This document shows, piece by piece, positions 48,572 to 58,500 of a stretch of DNA of 64,000 nt (position 1 is its first letter; each line of letters opens with the position of its first letter). This DNA is from an uncultured Thermoplasmata archaeon (GTDB lineage Archaea > Thermoplasmatota > Thermoplasmata > UBA10834), in NCBI GenBank assembly GCA_963719945.1, contig CAVRDX010000003.1, positions 32,001 through 96,000 on the forward strand. Reading direction: 5' to 3'. The notes beneath the pieces are model-generated. The model saw only the letters and a list, made by a program, of their open reading frames with translations, did no database searches and was not told the origin of the DNA. A program made the position numbers and the translations under genes.

Positions 48572-50407
48572 TCAGACGATCTCCAGTTCCTTGAGCTTCT
48601 CCGGGGTGGGTGCGCCATCAGAGGTCCAGCCGCGGACAGCCATGTAATCGTCGAGCATCTTGTTCATCTCCTCGACGGTTATCCTGGAGCCCTTGGACGG
48701 TCCCTCGGGGATCGGGTCTTCGAGCACTCTCGGGGGCAGGAGCCAGTCCTTCCTGGTGACTCCATGCTTCACATTGAAGTCCCCCTTCATGTTGTGTAGG
48801 CGCTCGCCGATCTTCAGGAGTTCTTCTTCCGTGAACTGCAGCCCGGATATCGCCTCGATGACTTCCCTGAGCTTATCGATCAGGAAGAAGCCTCTCGAGA
48901 ACTTGCACAGGCCGACCGAATCGTAGACGCACATGAAGTTCTCCATCGTGGCGACCTTCTCGCCCTTTCCTTCAGTGGAGAACCGGTCGATGCCCTCCCA
49001 TCGCCAGAACTTGCCCACGAGCTCAGGCGCGTACATTCCGGCCCTTAGGTGGCAAGCGCCACGGGTGGATGTCATGAAAGAGAGTCCATGCCCCTTCATG
49101 CCTCTGACATCGTATGCGGGAGGCTCCATGCCCTTGGTGTGTATCGCATATCTCTCAGAGCCCTTGCCGATCTTCTCGGCGGCCCTCTTGACGCCTTCGG
49201 ACAGGATGTCTCCGAATCCTTCGCGCTTTCCGATCATCTCGCACATCTTAGGCACGGAGTCGGATGCATTGTCCCAGGTCAGCTTCAGACCGACTTCCTC
49301 CTCGGTGATTATCCCTCTCTGGATGAGTTCCATCGCGAATCCGATGGCCACTCCGGCGGAGATCGTATCGATACCTACCAGGTCACAGACCTCGTTGGCC
49401 TTGGCCACGGATTCGATATCGGCGTTGCCACAGTCTCCTCCGAGTGAGTAGAGCGTCTCGTACTCCAAGCCATCTATCGCGACTCCGGAGAACTTGCCGC
49501 TCTTGATCTCGAACAGCTTGCCGCAGGGCTTAGTGCATGCGAAGCACGCCTTGTTCTTGCTGACATACTTGGGTGCCCAGTAATACGGGTCGATCTGCTC
49601 CCTCTCCTTGAAGAAGCCTTCCTGCCAGTTCCTGGTCGGGAACACTCCCTTCTCCTTGTTGATCCAGCCTAGGAACTCGCCAGTACCGTATTTCGTATCC
49701 TCGTTGAACGATGGAGCGGCTTCCATTATCTTCTGGTATCTGAGCGCAATCTCCAGCAGTTTCCCTGGGTCCGCAGGTTCCAGATCCCCGGTGCCTCGGA
49801 CGACGATGGCTTTGAGGTTCTTTGACCCCATGACTGCTCCGAGGCCAGCTCTGCCCGCCTGCCTGTCGTCACAGTCTATGCAAGCCATCCTGACGAGTTT
49901 CTCGCCAGCGACGCCTATGCAAGCTACCTTGACATCCCAGCCATGCCTCTTCTTGAGGATCTCGGGAACCTCTCTGGTATCCTTTCCCCAGATGTCCTCG
50001 GCTTCATTGATCTCGATCTTGTCGTCCTCGATGAAGATATATGACGGCTTCTCGGCGACTCCGAATATCTCAAGCGCATCATAACCCGCATGTCTGAGCT
50101 CAGCACCGATGGAACCTCCCATGATGCTCTCAGCCAGCGTGTTGGTGGCCGGAGACTTCGCAGCGAAGGCGGTCTTGCCGCCCGTCGGCACTGCAAACCC
50201 GTCGAACACTCCCGGAGCCATGGCCAGCACGTTCTCGGGCGAGAGCGCGTCTGCACCATCGGGGACGCCGTGATATACGAGTTCTATCGCGAACCCTGAT
50301 CCTCCGAGGTACTTCCTCACGTATCTCTCATCGGTCGATTTGATGGAATCCTTGCCAGAGCTGAGGTCTATCTTCAATATCTTGCCTGAAAAGCCCTTCA
50401 TGCTCAT
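48572..50407 (-). CDS. aor: Aldehyde:ferredoxin oxidoreductase family (W/Mo-pterin)
   Basis: KSP.T, IG.AGE, GR.GLGAVMGSKNLKAI, CFAC..PC, EYET, D..GIDTIS, RGACH. Confidence 0.93.
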   Translation of the reverse strand: MSMKGFSGKILKIDLSSGKDSIKSTDERYVRKYLGGSGFAIELVYHGVPDGADALSPENVLAMAPGVFDGFAVPTGGKTAFAAKSPATNTLAESIMGGSIGAELRHAGYDALEIFGVAEKPSYIFIEDDKIEINEAEDIWGKDTREVPEILKKRHGWDVKVACIGVAGEKLVRMACIDCDDRQAGRAGLGAVMGSKNLKAIVVRGTGDLEPADPGKLLEIALRYQKIMEAAPSFNEDTKYGTGEFLGWINKEKGVFPTRNWQEGFFKEREQIDPYYWAPKYVSKNKACFACTKPCGKLFEIKSGKFSGVAIDGLEYETLYSLGGDCGNADIESVAKANEVCDLVGIDTISAGVAIGFAMELIQRGIITEEEVGLKLTWDNASDSVPKMCEMIGKREGFGDILSEGVKRAAEKIGKGSERYAIHTKGMEPPAYDVRGMKGHGLSFMTSTRGACHLRAGMYAPELVGKFWRWEGIDRFSTEGKGEKVATMENFMCVYDSVGLCKFSRGFFLIDKLREVIEAISGLQFTEEELLKIGERLHNMKGDFNVKHGVTRKDWLLPPRVLEDPIPEGPSKGSRITVEEMNKMLDDYMAVRGWTSDGAPTPEKLKELEIV

Positions 50408-50853
50408 TCCTCCGCCTTGAGAAGCTTTCTGACGGCCTCGTACTGCTCGGGTTTGGGCTCCTCATACTTGATAGCGCCCATCGAGCAGAACTTCACGCAG
50501 GTCGGGTCCCCTCCGCAGAGGTCGCACTTGAATGCGGTGTCCTCCATCCTCATGACCCCGAATGGACAGACCTCGACGCATGTTCCGCAGGCAGTGCATT
50601 CATTCTCATCGACGCGCACGATCCCATCTTCGATCTTGATCGCTTCGACGGGACAGGCGGTCACACAGCATTCGTCCTTACAAGCTACGCAGTGCGTACA
50701 AACGGACGGGAAATCGATCCTGACGTCGCGCTTGTGCACCTGCAACCTCGCGTCTGCGTGGTTGATCTTACCCTCGTGATACAGAGTGCAGGCCATCTCA
50801 CAGAATCTGCACCCAGTACACTTGTCCGGGTACGGTACTAACATCTTTACCAT
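50404..50853 (-). CDS. 4Fe-4S multicluster ferredoxin subunit of AOR
   Basis: Four Cys clusters (CTGCRFCEMAC, CTHC, CTACGTCVEVCP, KCDLC..DPTC..FC). Confidence 0.92.
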   Translation of the reverse strand: MVKMLVPYPDKCTGCRFCEMACTLYHEGKINHADARLQVHKRDVRIDFPSVCTHCVACKDECCVTACPVEAIKIEDGIVRVDENECTACGTCVEVCPFGVMRMEDTAFKCDLCGGDPTCVKFCSMGAIKYEEPKPEQYEAVRKLLKAEE

Positions 50854-50943
50854 ACGGTAATACCCCCTGGTGGTCTTGTCTGTGTGAGGTAATGGGGTCT
50901 ATGTAAAAAAGCTGTGCCCTGTGACCACTTCAATCTCGGAGCA

Positions 50944-51276
50944 TCACTTCGATTTCCGCTTGATCTCGACCTTCTTGAGCTCGGACTTCTGCTTGGGCAT
51001 CTCCTTGTCCACCTCTACGAGGATCGCGTCTATGAAGCTCCTCGCGGCCAGAAGGACCTCCTTCTCGGCCCTGTGGATCCTGATCTTCGTCTCCTCCGGC
51101 ACGTCCAGATGCTTCATGGCCGAATTCGCAGCCTGTACGACCTCCATGCCTGCGTTGACGAAATGGGTCATGGTTTCCTTGGTCGTGACCTTGGTCGCTA
51201 TCTCCTCAATGTGCCTTTCGAGACGCTTTGCTGCCTCTACCCCTTTTTCTACCCTTCTTCCTGCCAATTTCCTCAC
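50944..51276 (-). CDS. Small helical hypothetical protein overlapping the ArsA-family gene
   Basis: 110-aa ORF with PEET..RIHRAEKEVLLAARSFID motif and basic C-terminus. Confidence 0.7.
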   Translation of the reverse strand: MRKLAGRRVEKGVEAAKRLERHIEEIATKVTTKETMTHFVNAGMEVVQAANSAMKHLDVPEETKIRIHRAEKEVLLAARSFIDAILVEVDKEMPKQKSELKKVEIKRKSK

Positions 51277-52441
51277 CTTCGAACCTGACTTTCAACCAGG
51301 AGCCATCCAAGTCGGCACCCAGTATCTCTTTGCTTGTAAGAGCGTATGGGAGCACAATTGATTTCTTGAACGCCCCCAACTGCACTGTTAGAACATCCTT
51401 GCGTGTATATAGCTCTAGTTTCTGATTCATCACGAACGGCATCTTGATGGCGAATACGCTTGCTCCATCCTCCTCGTATACTTTCATCGGGGATTCTGTC
51501 GAGTACACCTGGGTAGGGTCATCGTCCCCGAACAGCTGAAGGGCTAGCGACTCAAGGGATCTTCCTCCGAGCACCTCTCGAGGCATCAACGAAGCCTTGA
51601 ATGTCTTCAATGGCGCGAATATGCTCTCTATGGTAGCCAGGTGCTCTTTCTGCTCCTTGAGCTTTCCATCGAAGAACTCATCCGACAGCCCCTCGGGTAT
51701 GATCCTGTTTATCACCAGACTCTCGACGGTGTATCCGTACATGCACAGGTACGTGTATGCTCGCTGGGTCTCCGTTATGACCATCTTCTCCGGGTTCACC
51801 ACCAGCCTCACGGAGGTGATCTCGGGGTCCGTTAGGAGGTCCCGGACATATCGGAGCCGCTCCCTGAGGTTCTCCAGGTCTTCGAGGAATTTGTCAGAGG
51901 GCAGCGGGGTGGACACTATCTTCCCGACCGTCACCCTAGCTATCTTCAGCACATTCCTGACCATGTGGAACAGGTGGTCGAAGTACCAGCTCGCGATGTC
52001 GGGGAATGAAAGGAGCCTGAGCGTGTCCGCCGTTGGGGCGGTATCGATTATGACAACGTCATAGGCGTCCGATTTATGGAACTCCTCTACATAGAACAGT
52101 GCCGACATCAGTTCCATGCCTGGGAAGACTGCCATCTCCTTCGCTGTGACGCCATCCATGCCCTGCGACGCCAGGAAGTCTGATAGATATGTCTGGATCT
52201 CCTTCCAACGCGTCTCGAGCTCGAGCTGTATATCCACCTCTAACCCGTCGAGGTTCTTCCGTATCCGCTCTATCTTCCCGGACAACGGTACCTCGAGGGA
52301 ATCGGAAAGGCTGTGCGCAGAATCGGTGCTCACCACGATCGTCCTGTGGCCTAACACGGCCGATCGGAGCGCTGTGGCAGCGGCAACGGAGGTCTTCCCC
52401 ACGCCCCCCTTGCCCGTATAGATTATCACTCTCATATCCAT
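51206..52441 (-). CDS. ArsA/Get3-family ATPase with C-terminal alpha-crystallin-like domain
   Basis: GKGGVGKT, STDSAHSLSD, PGME, DTAPT, LVVNPEKMV; beta-rich C-terminal extension. Confidence 0.9.
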   Translation of the reverse strand: MDMRVIIYTGKGGVGKTSVAAATALRSAVLGHRTIVVSTDSAHSLSDSLEVPLSGKIERIRKNLDGLEVDIQLELETRWKEIQTYLSDFLASQGMDGVTAKEMAVFPGMELMSALFYVEEFHKSDAYDVVIIDTAPTADTLRLLSFPDIASWYFDHLFHMVRNVLKIARVTVGKIVSTPLPSDKFLEDLENLRERLRYVRDLLTDPEITSVRLVVNPEKMVITETQRAYTYLCMYGYTVESLVINRIIPEGLSDEFFDGKLKEQKEHLATIESIFAPLKTFKASLMPREVLGGRSLESLALQLFGDDDPTQVYSTESPMKVYEEDGASVFAIKMPFVMNQKLELYTRKDVLTVQLGAFKKSIVLPYALTSKEILGADLDGSWLKVRFEGEEIGRKKGRKRGRGSKASRKAH

Positions 52442-52480
52442 CCCTCGAAAGCGTTGCTAGAATACACTCTCGCTGGATAA

Positions 52481-52588
52481 TGGTGTCGGGGACGGGAATC
52501 GAACCCGTGACCTCCGGATGTCCTAGGAGCATCTGGTCAGAAGAACTCCCTATGAGTCCGACGCTCTACCAGGCTGAGCCACCCCGAC
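52481..52588 (-). tRNA. tRNA-Met(CAT), elongator type, with 31-nt intron (52520-52550) and encoded CCA
   Basis: GTCGGGGTGGCTCAGCCTGGTAGAGCGTCGGACTCATA[intron]ATCCGGAGGTCACGGGTTCGATTCCCGTCCCCGACACCA; intron at canonical 37/38 with GGGAG/CTCCT helix. Confidence 0.92.
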
Positions 52589-52625
52589 ATGGTCCCCATC
52601 GTCATGAACGCGGGGTATGTGTGCC

Positions 52626-53393
52626 CTATTCCTCTTTCTCTTCCTTGGATCCGTCCTCGGACTCGGCGGGCTGCTCATCAGATGCCACTTCTTCCGTCGG
52701 TGCTTCTGCGGGCTTCTGTTCCTCCGTCTCTGCGACGCTCTCGTCCTGGGCGGGTTCTTCAGCAGGGGCGATGATCGGCTGTTCGTCCGGTTCTGGCATC
52801 TTGCCAGCTCTCAACACCTCGCTCTTGCCGATCTCTATCTTCTTGATGGGCACAATGATCTTCGATGCGTCGGAGATCGCCTTCGACATGTCCCCCATGA
52901 TTATCTTTCGGACAAGGTCGCTGATAGTGGATTCGGCCGCCATCTTCGCGACGGACTCCTTCATGATATTCCTTATGGCGGTTTCCTGCGATGCCTGGAT
53001 CCTCTGCTCGGACACAGCCATCGGCTTGACGCGGACTTCCCAGCCATCCTTTGTGATGACATCCACGACGGTGTCGGTCTTCGTCCTCTTCCTCCTGGTG
53101 AGCCTCCTGACATAGTCGCTTGTCAGGTTGTGCCCCTCATAGAGGGTGAACGCGTCGAAACCTCTGACGTCGTGAACCTTGAATCTGAGCTTGATATGCA
53201 TCTTGGAGAAATCACCGGTCAGGTCCTGCACGGTCGCCTCGGCGATCCTTCCCATAACACCTTCGGATGCGTTGGACGGTGTTTCCCCGAGCTGCATGCG
53301 GCTGAACATATCAGGCGCGTAGATCTTGTACCATTCCTTTGCACGCCACCTGTCTTTGATCTTCTTGGCAGCAGCCCTCGCTTTCTGAGCCAT
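52626..53393 (-). CDS. rps3ae: 30S ribosomal protein S3Ae (eS1) with acidic C-terminal tail
   Basis: KDRW..KEWY.IYAP..F, LTGDFSK, GH.LT.DY.R.L.RR, I.PI..IEI.KSEV. Confidence 0.96.
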   Translation of the reverse strand: MAQKARAAAKKIKDRWRAKEWYKIYAPDMFSRMQLGETPSNASEGVMGRIAEATVQDLTGDFSKMHIKLRFKVHDVRGFDAFTLYEGHNLTSDYVRRLTRRKRTKTDTVVDVITKDGWEVRVKPMAVSEQRIQASQETAIRNIMKESVAKMAAESTISDLVRKIIMGDMSKAISDASKIIVPIKKIEIGKSEVLRAGKMPEPDEQPIIAPAEEPAQDESVAETEEQKPAEAPTEEVASDEQPAESEDGSKEEKEE

Positions 53394-53496
53394 CTAATAC
53401 CTCTGGTTGACTGATTAGGATGCTCGATAACAGATTTCTATATTAAAAGCTTGCTGTGGAAAATGAAATGGTTGAAAGGGGTTTGGGTGGTCTCGA

Positions 53497-54447
53497 TCAC
53501 CTCTTCCTGAGCTTGGGGTTCAGAACCTCATCCATCGCATACCCGATGAATGTGAATCCTAGCACCACCATGACGATGCACAGACCGGGCATGATTATGA
53601 ATGCATACGGTCCACTCGTCGCGGCATGCCACGAATACGCCTCATCGAGCAGTCTGCCCCATGTCTCGACATCCTGGGGTCCCATCTTCAGGAAACTCAG
53701 GGTGCTCTCAGACAGGATTGATATCGCAATTGTCAGGATGGCATTTGCGAATATGAGGGGAACGACATTCGGGAAGATGTGCTTCTTGATTATGTGTAGA
53801 TCCCCTGCTCCTATCGCCTGTGCCCTCTCGATGAACTGCCTGGTCTTGATGGACAGCACCTGGGATCTGACGATCCTTGCCGTGGTCGACCAACCAGTGA
53901 CTCCTATGACCAAGATGACCGCTAAGAGACTCCTGGCGTTCAAGACGGACGATATGACCAACATCAGGACCAGCCACGGAATGGACAGGAAGACATCGTT
54001 GACCCTCATGATCACTTCGTCCTTCCAGCCGCCCCAATATCCTGACAGTAATCCTACGCCTGTACCGATACCCATCGAGATGGCCATGGCGACGAATCCC
54101 ACGGTCAGGGAAGCTTTAGTCCCGTGAAGGGTCCTTGTCAGAACATCTCGTCCGATCTGATCGGTTCCGAACGGGTGCTCCCATGAGCTTTCCTCAAGGA
54201 TGTCCATGGTCGAATAATATCGATTATAGGGCACGAACAGTTCCGCGTAGATCACTATGCAGAGGAAGAATATGATTATGGCCACTCCAATCTTCCCCAT
54301 CCATGTCTTCAGGAATAGATCGGTAGTCTTGCCAAAGTTCCTGGCCGAGAGACCAACCTTGTCCGAGAGTATAGGATTGAATTTGAACGCCCGTCTTCCC
54401 CACCTCTCGAATCTTGCCTCGAATCCGGATTTCTTCTTGTGTACCAT
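53497..54447 (-). CDS. Peptide ABC transporter permease (DppC/OppC-like)
   Basis: HPFGTDQIGRD, F.ERA.AIGA (EAA loop), HIFPN. Confidence 0.92.
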   Translation of the reverse strand: MVHKKKSGFEARFERWGRRAFKFNPILSDKVGLSARNFGKTTDLFLKTWMGKIGVAIIIFFLCIVIYAELFVPYNRYYSTMDILEESSWEHPFGTDQIGRDVLTRTLHGTKASLTVGFVAMAISMGIGTGVGLLSGYWGGWKDEVIMRVNDVFLSIPWLVLMLVISSVLNARSLLAVILVIGVTGWSTTARIVRSQVLSIKTRQFIERAQAIGAGDLHIIKKHIFPNVVPLIFANAILTIAISILSESTLSFLKMGPQDVETWGRLLDEAYSWHAATSGPYAFIIMPGLCIVMVVLGFTFIGYAMDEVLNPKLRKR

Positions 54448-54459
54448 TGTGATGCCCCC

Positions 54460-55446
54460 TTACGTTATGCTCACCCTCGGATCGAGCTTCAAGATGACTA
54501 TATCCGCAATCAGGTTCGCAATGACCACTGCGACCCCTCCTATGAAAAATATGAATTGCAGCATAGGGAAGTCGTACTGCCAGATTGCCTCTACTGTCGT
54601 CCAGCCCAGACCTTTGTAGCTGAAGACGACCTCGACTTGGAATGCGCCGCCTAATATGAATGCCGTATCCATGGCGATAGTCGTCACGACCGGAAGTCTG
54701 GCATTCGGTGTCGCATGTCTCTTCAGCACCTGCTTCTCCGTCAGTCCCTTCGCATAAGCTGTCACGATGTACTCTTCGGTGAGCACATCGACGAGCGAGT
54801 TACGTTGGATCAATATGATTCCTGCAAGAGATCCGACCACCAGTGTAGTCGCAGGAAGCGTCATGTGCATCAGTACATCTATCACCTTGTCTAAAGTCAG
54901 AGGAAACAGGGTCGTACCAGATTCCATGTATCCTGCGCCAGGGAATATCTCGAATGTGCTGACGAATATGACCATCAGGACGATGCCGAACCAGAATATC
55001 GGCATGCCATAGAAGAACAGGCCGAAACCCGTTATCGCCACATCGGTCGGCTTCCCGCGCCGAAATGCCGCCATCTTGCCGAGGACTATCCCCACCGCGA
55101 AGGTGATTACCGATGAGACTCCAAGTAATAATATGGTCCATGTCGCAGCAGTCGAAAGAACCTCGGTGACCGGTTTCTCCCAATAATATGATATTCCCCA
55201 GTCTCCGGTGAACGTCCCGATGAAGTACTTGTATAGCTGGACATATAGCGGCTGATCTAGTCCCATTGTCCTGATGTTCTTCTCATAAATCACGGACATG
55301 TCTACTCCCGGCACTCTGGGTGACATCAGGAGCGCGGGGTCTCCTGGCATGACCCGGAACAGCAGGAAATTGACAAGCATGATGAGCAATATCGTAATGA
55401 TTGCATTGAATACTCGTTTGGTCAATATTTTTCTGAAAGAGGCCAA
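54460..55446 (-). CDS. Peptide ABC transporter permease (DppB/OppB-like)
   Basis: PGDP, GLDQPL..Q, GDWG.S, Y..TAYAKGL, E.VFS..GLG. Confidence 0.92.
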   Translation of the reverse strand: MASFRKILTKRVFNAIITILLIMLVNFLLFRVMPGDPALLMSPRVPGVDMSVIYEKNIRTMGLDQPLYVQLYKYFIGTFTGDWGISYYWEKPVTEVLSTAATWTILLLGVSSVITFAVGIVLGKMAAFRRGKPTDVAITGFGLFFYGMPIFWFGIVLMVIFVSTFEIFPGAGYMESGTTLFPLTLDKVIDVLMHMTLPATTLVVGSLAGIILIQRNSLVDVLTEEYIVTAYAKGLTEKQVLKRHATPNARLPVVTTIAMDTAFILGGAFQVEVVFSYKGLGWTTVEAIWQYDFPMLQFIFFIGGVAVVIANLIADIVILKLDPRVSIT

Positions 55447-55593
55447 ATGTCACACCGTCCAAATAGTAATTTCATCTCATCGGCCACATTTGCCCGTTCT
55501 GGTTCAACTCATTCGTGTGTTCTGTCCGGTTTCCCCCATTCAATTAATGAAATGGTGGAAAGGGTTTGATTTGGTTTTCACTGTATGACGTGC

Positions 55594-58500
55594 CTATGCC
55601 TGCGGTGGTGGAGGTTCTTCCGCGAGAGCCATGCCTTCCATTCCGCTCACGCTCTCCATACCATCAGCGCTGCCGCCCTTCTTCTTGCGCTTCATCAGCA
55701 ACACCGCGGCCACTATGGCAGCGATCACGGCTATTGCGATTCCTCCGATCAGCGCAAGGCTGATACCCTTCTTGTTGACGGTGATGGTCTTAGTGTCCAT
55801 CTTCAGGGTGGTGTTGGAGTGGCTCTGGCCATCGTCTGCGGTCGCGTTGACGACGAATGTGCCGCTCTCTTCGAAGGTGTGGTTGAAGAATACCACGAAG
55901 TACGAGGTCGTCCCGAACTTGACGTTCGCAGTGCCAGTGGTACCGTCGCCGTATGAGATGGCTATGGTGACGTTGTCTTTCTCGAGGTCGGAGACATTCA
56001 CGGTGAACATCACAGACCCTCCGGTCGTAATCTCATACAGATCCGCCTTGAGGGAAATGCCAGTTCTCTGGTTCGCCTCACTGACTGTCACGGTCGCCAC
56101 ATCGCTGACGTTGTTACCCATTCCGTCGTCGGCATACACGGTCAGAGTGAATGTCCCTGTGGCCATGTATGTGTGCACGGCCGCGTATGCCTCGTCCACG
56201 TCGCCACCCATCGTCCATGCCGATCCGTCGCCCCAATCGTACCATACAGTTATTGTGTCATCCTCTTCATCGGTGAGAGAGACTGGCTGGTATGACCTCT
56301 CCACATCGTACAGTGCGGAGAATGTCGACTGGACCTCTAGCACCGGCGCAACGTTAGGGACAACCTCGACTGTGAATTCAGCTGATTCGTTGTATTCACC
56401 GTCGTATGCGTATACGGTCACCGTGTATGTTCCCTCGGCTACGTATGTGTGCTCAAACTCGGCATATTGGGTCTCCGTGGTTCCGCCAGCGGTAGTCGCA
56501 GAGAGCAGGTCACTCTCATCGCCAAAGTCGATGGTCAATACGAGCACGTCTTCATTCGCATCGGATGCGCTCGCGTTGAATGTCGTTGCGACATCGATGT
56601 ATGTCGGGTATGGTGTCAGGACGAGTTCGAACGATCCCGGAGCCACATTACCTTCCGCGATGACTGCAACGCGAGAGGCCGTCTCGTTGTGGTCGTTTCC
56701 ATCATCCACATATACATTCACAGTGTAGTTGCCTACAACATCCCATGTGTGCGACACAGTTGATGTCACTGTCGCGCCCACTGAGCTTGGTGTCAAGGAC
56801 TGCACAGTGTATGTGCCGTCGTCCCATTCCCAAGTGAATTTCAGTGTGTCAGGGTCCACATCCGATGAGCTGGCCTTGCAGGTCACTGCACTACCCGGGA
56901 TTCCATTCATTGCTTGGATGGCCGGTTCGGTCGGTGGCTGGTTGACTTTGATCGTATATTCTCTGTCCGTCGAGACATTTAGGCTCCCCGTCTCCAGACC
57001 ATAGTTTTCATACACCCAGACTGTCACAGTGTATGTACCTACGCTGGTCCATGCGTGGGTCGCGGTGTCCGTGACCTGCGTCCCAACCGGAGTTGGTTCA
57101 TTGACATCATATGTGCCGTCGCCCCAGTCCCATGTGACCTTGGCTCCATTTGGCCAAGACTCAACATCCGTGGCCGTTACGGTCCATGTGGTTATCTCGT
57201 CGACATATTGTGAGCTCGATGGGGTGCTGACCAGACTGATAATGTCTGGAGCCTGGTTGACAACTCCCTGGACTTCGACAGTTGCTGATCGGACTATTGG
57301 GTCTCTCAATCCAGTCACGGGGTCGACATAGTTGTCGGTCACAGTGACATTGAGCTGATAGACGCCCTCAATCGAGTAGTGGTGCGAAGAAGACACAGAT
57401 GTCTCCGTGGTCGCATCGAGGATGGATTGTGGTGGGTCCTCGTTGCCATCGCCCCATTCGAACACTACATCGAGAGGATCTCCCTCTGAATCCGAGACCC
57501 CAACTATGATCTCAAGGTTCTCACCGTCACTGGTGAATGTGAGGTACGAATCATCTGGGACTGTATTGAATACAGGCGCCCTGTTCGTGACCTCCTTTAC
57601 ATTGAACCATATCCAGAGCAGATCGGATGCGACGTTAAGACCCGAGTGTCCAGAGACATCTCCCCAGTTGTCGAAATTGGCATCAGTGTATCCATACAGG
57701 CCCAGGTCGTAGTATGGTGGGTTCTCACAGTACGAGTCATACACCATCTGCTGGAGCTTGTCAACGATGAGCTTCCTCGCATCTTTGTCGAGGGTGGTCA
57801 TCGCTTCGCTAATGTTCTGGTCATAGGACGACCAGGCTCCGGTGAGTTCCCACTCTGCGGGAGCGTCCGTGTAATTCACGTTGTCATACCACCATTCACC
57901 CATGGGCATCTGACAGTTGTCGCCGCCGCCCTCTATCTCGGAGGTCAGCCAGCAGCTGAGTGCGCCGCCAATCGGCTCAGGGCCCCAGCCCCAGTGCCAG
58001 ACCCATATGTCGTAATCTGCCTTGTACCATGCGATGTTGATCATGGTGATCTCAGATTCCGTAGAGGATGTGAATCCAATTCCGGCTTCGAGTGCCCAAC
58101 CCTGCCACATCTCCGTGATTGCGCCATAGGTCGGATCGGTGTCCGGTGCCTGGCATCTTATGCCGGAAAGCTCCGTGCCTGCAGGCACTCCATAAAGGTT
58201 GCCCGCTTCCGCTTCTAGGTATGCATCACCATCTGCATTGGCGCTCCATCCGTGGTCCATGAGCCATTCTCTAGCTTCAGCGGTGTCGAATGACACTTGG
58301 TTCTCGATGGTCGCCTGCCAGAATCCTGGTTGCACTACGGACGATCCTTTCTGGGCGTATCCCTTCAGGGGACCGTTGACTATGCTGTCCTTATCAAGGG
58401 TCATCATGATGGCTTTTCTGACATTCGGGTCGTTCAGTGCAACATGGTGGACTCCGTAGCTTCCCTTCTGGAAGCTCGCTGGAATGGCGTTGATTGCAAT

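Noticed and set aside
52520-52550. tRNA-Met intron as a novelty
   Set aside because: Canonical-position introns in archaeal elongator tRNA-Met are well known.
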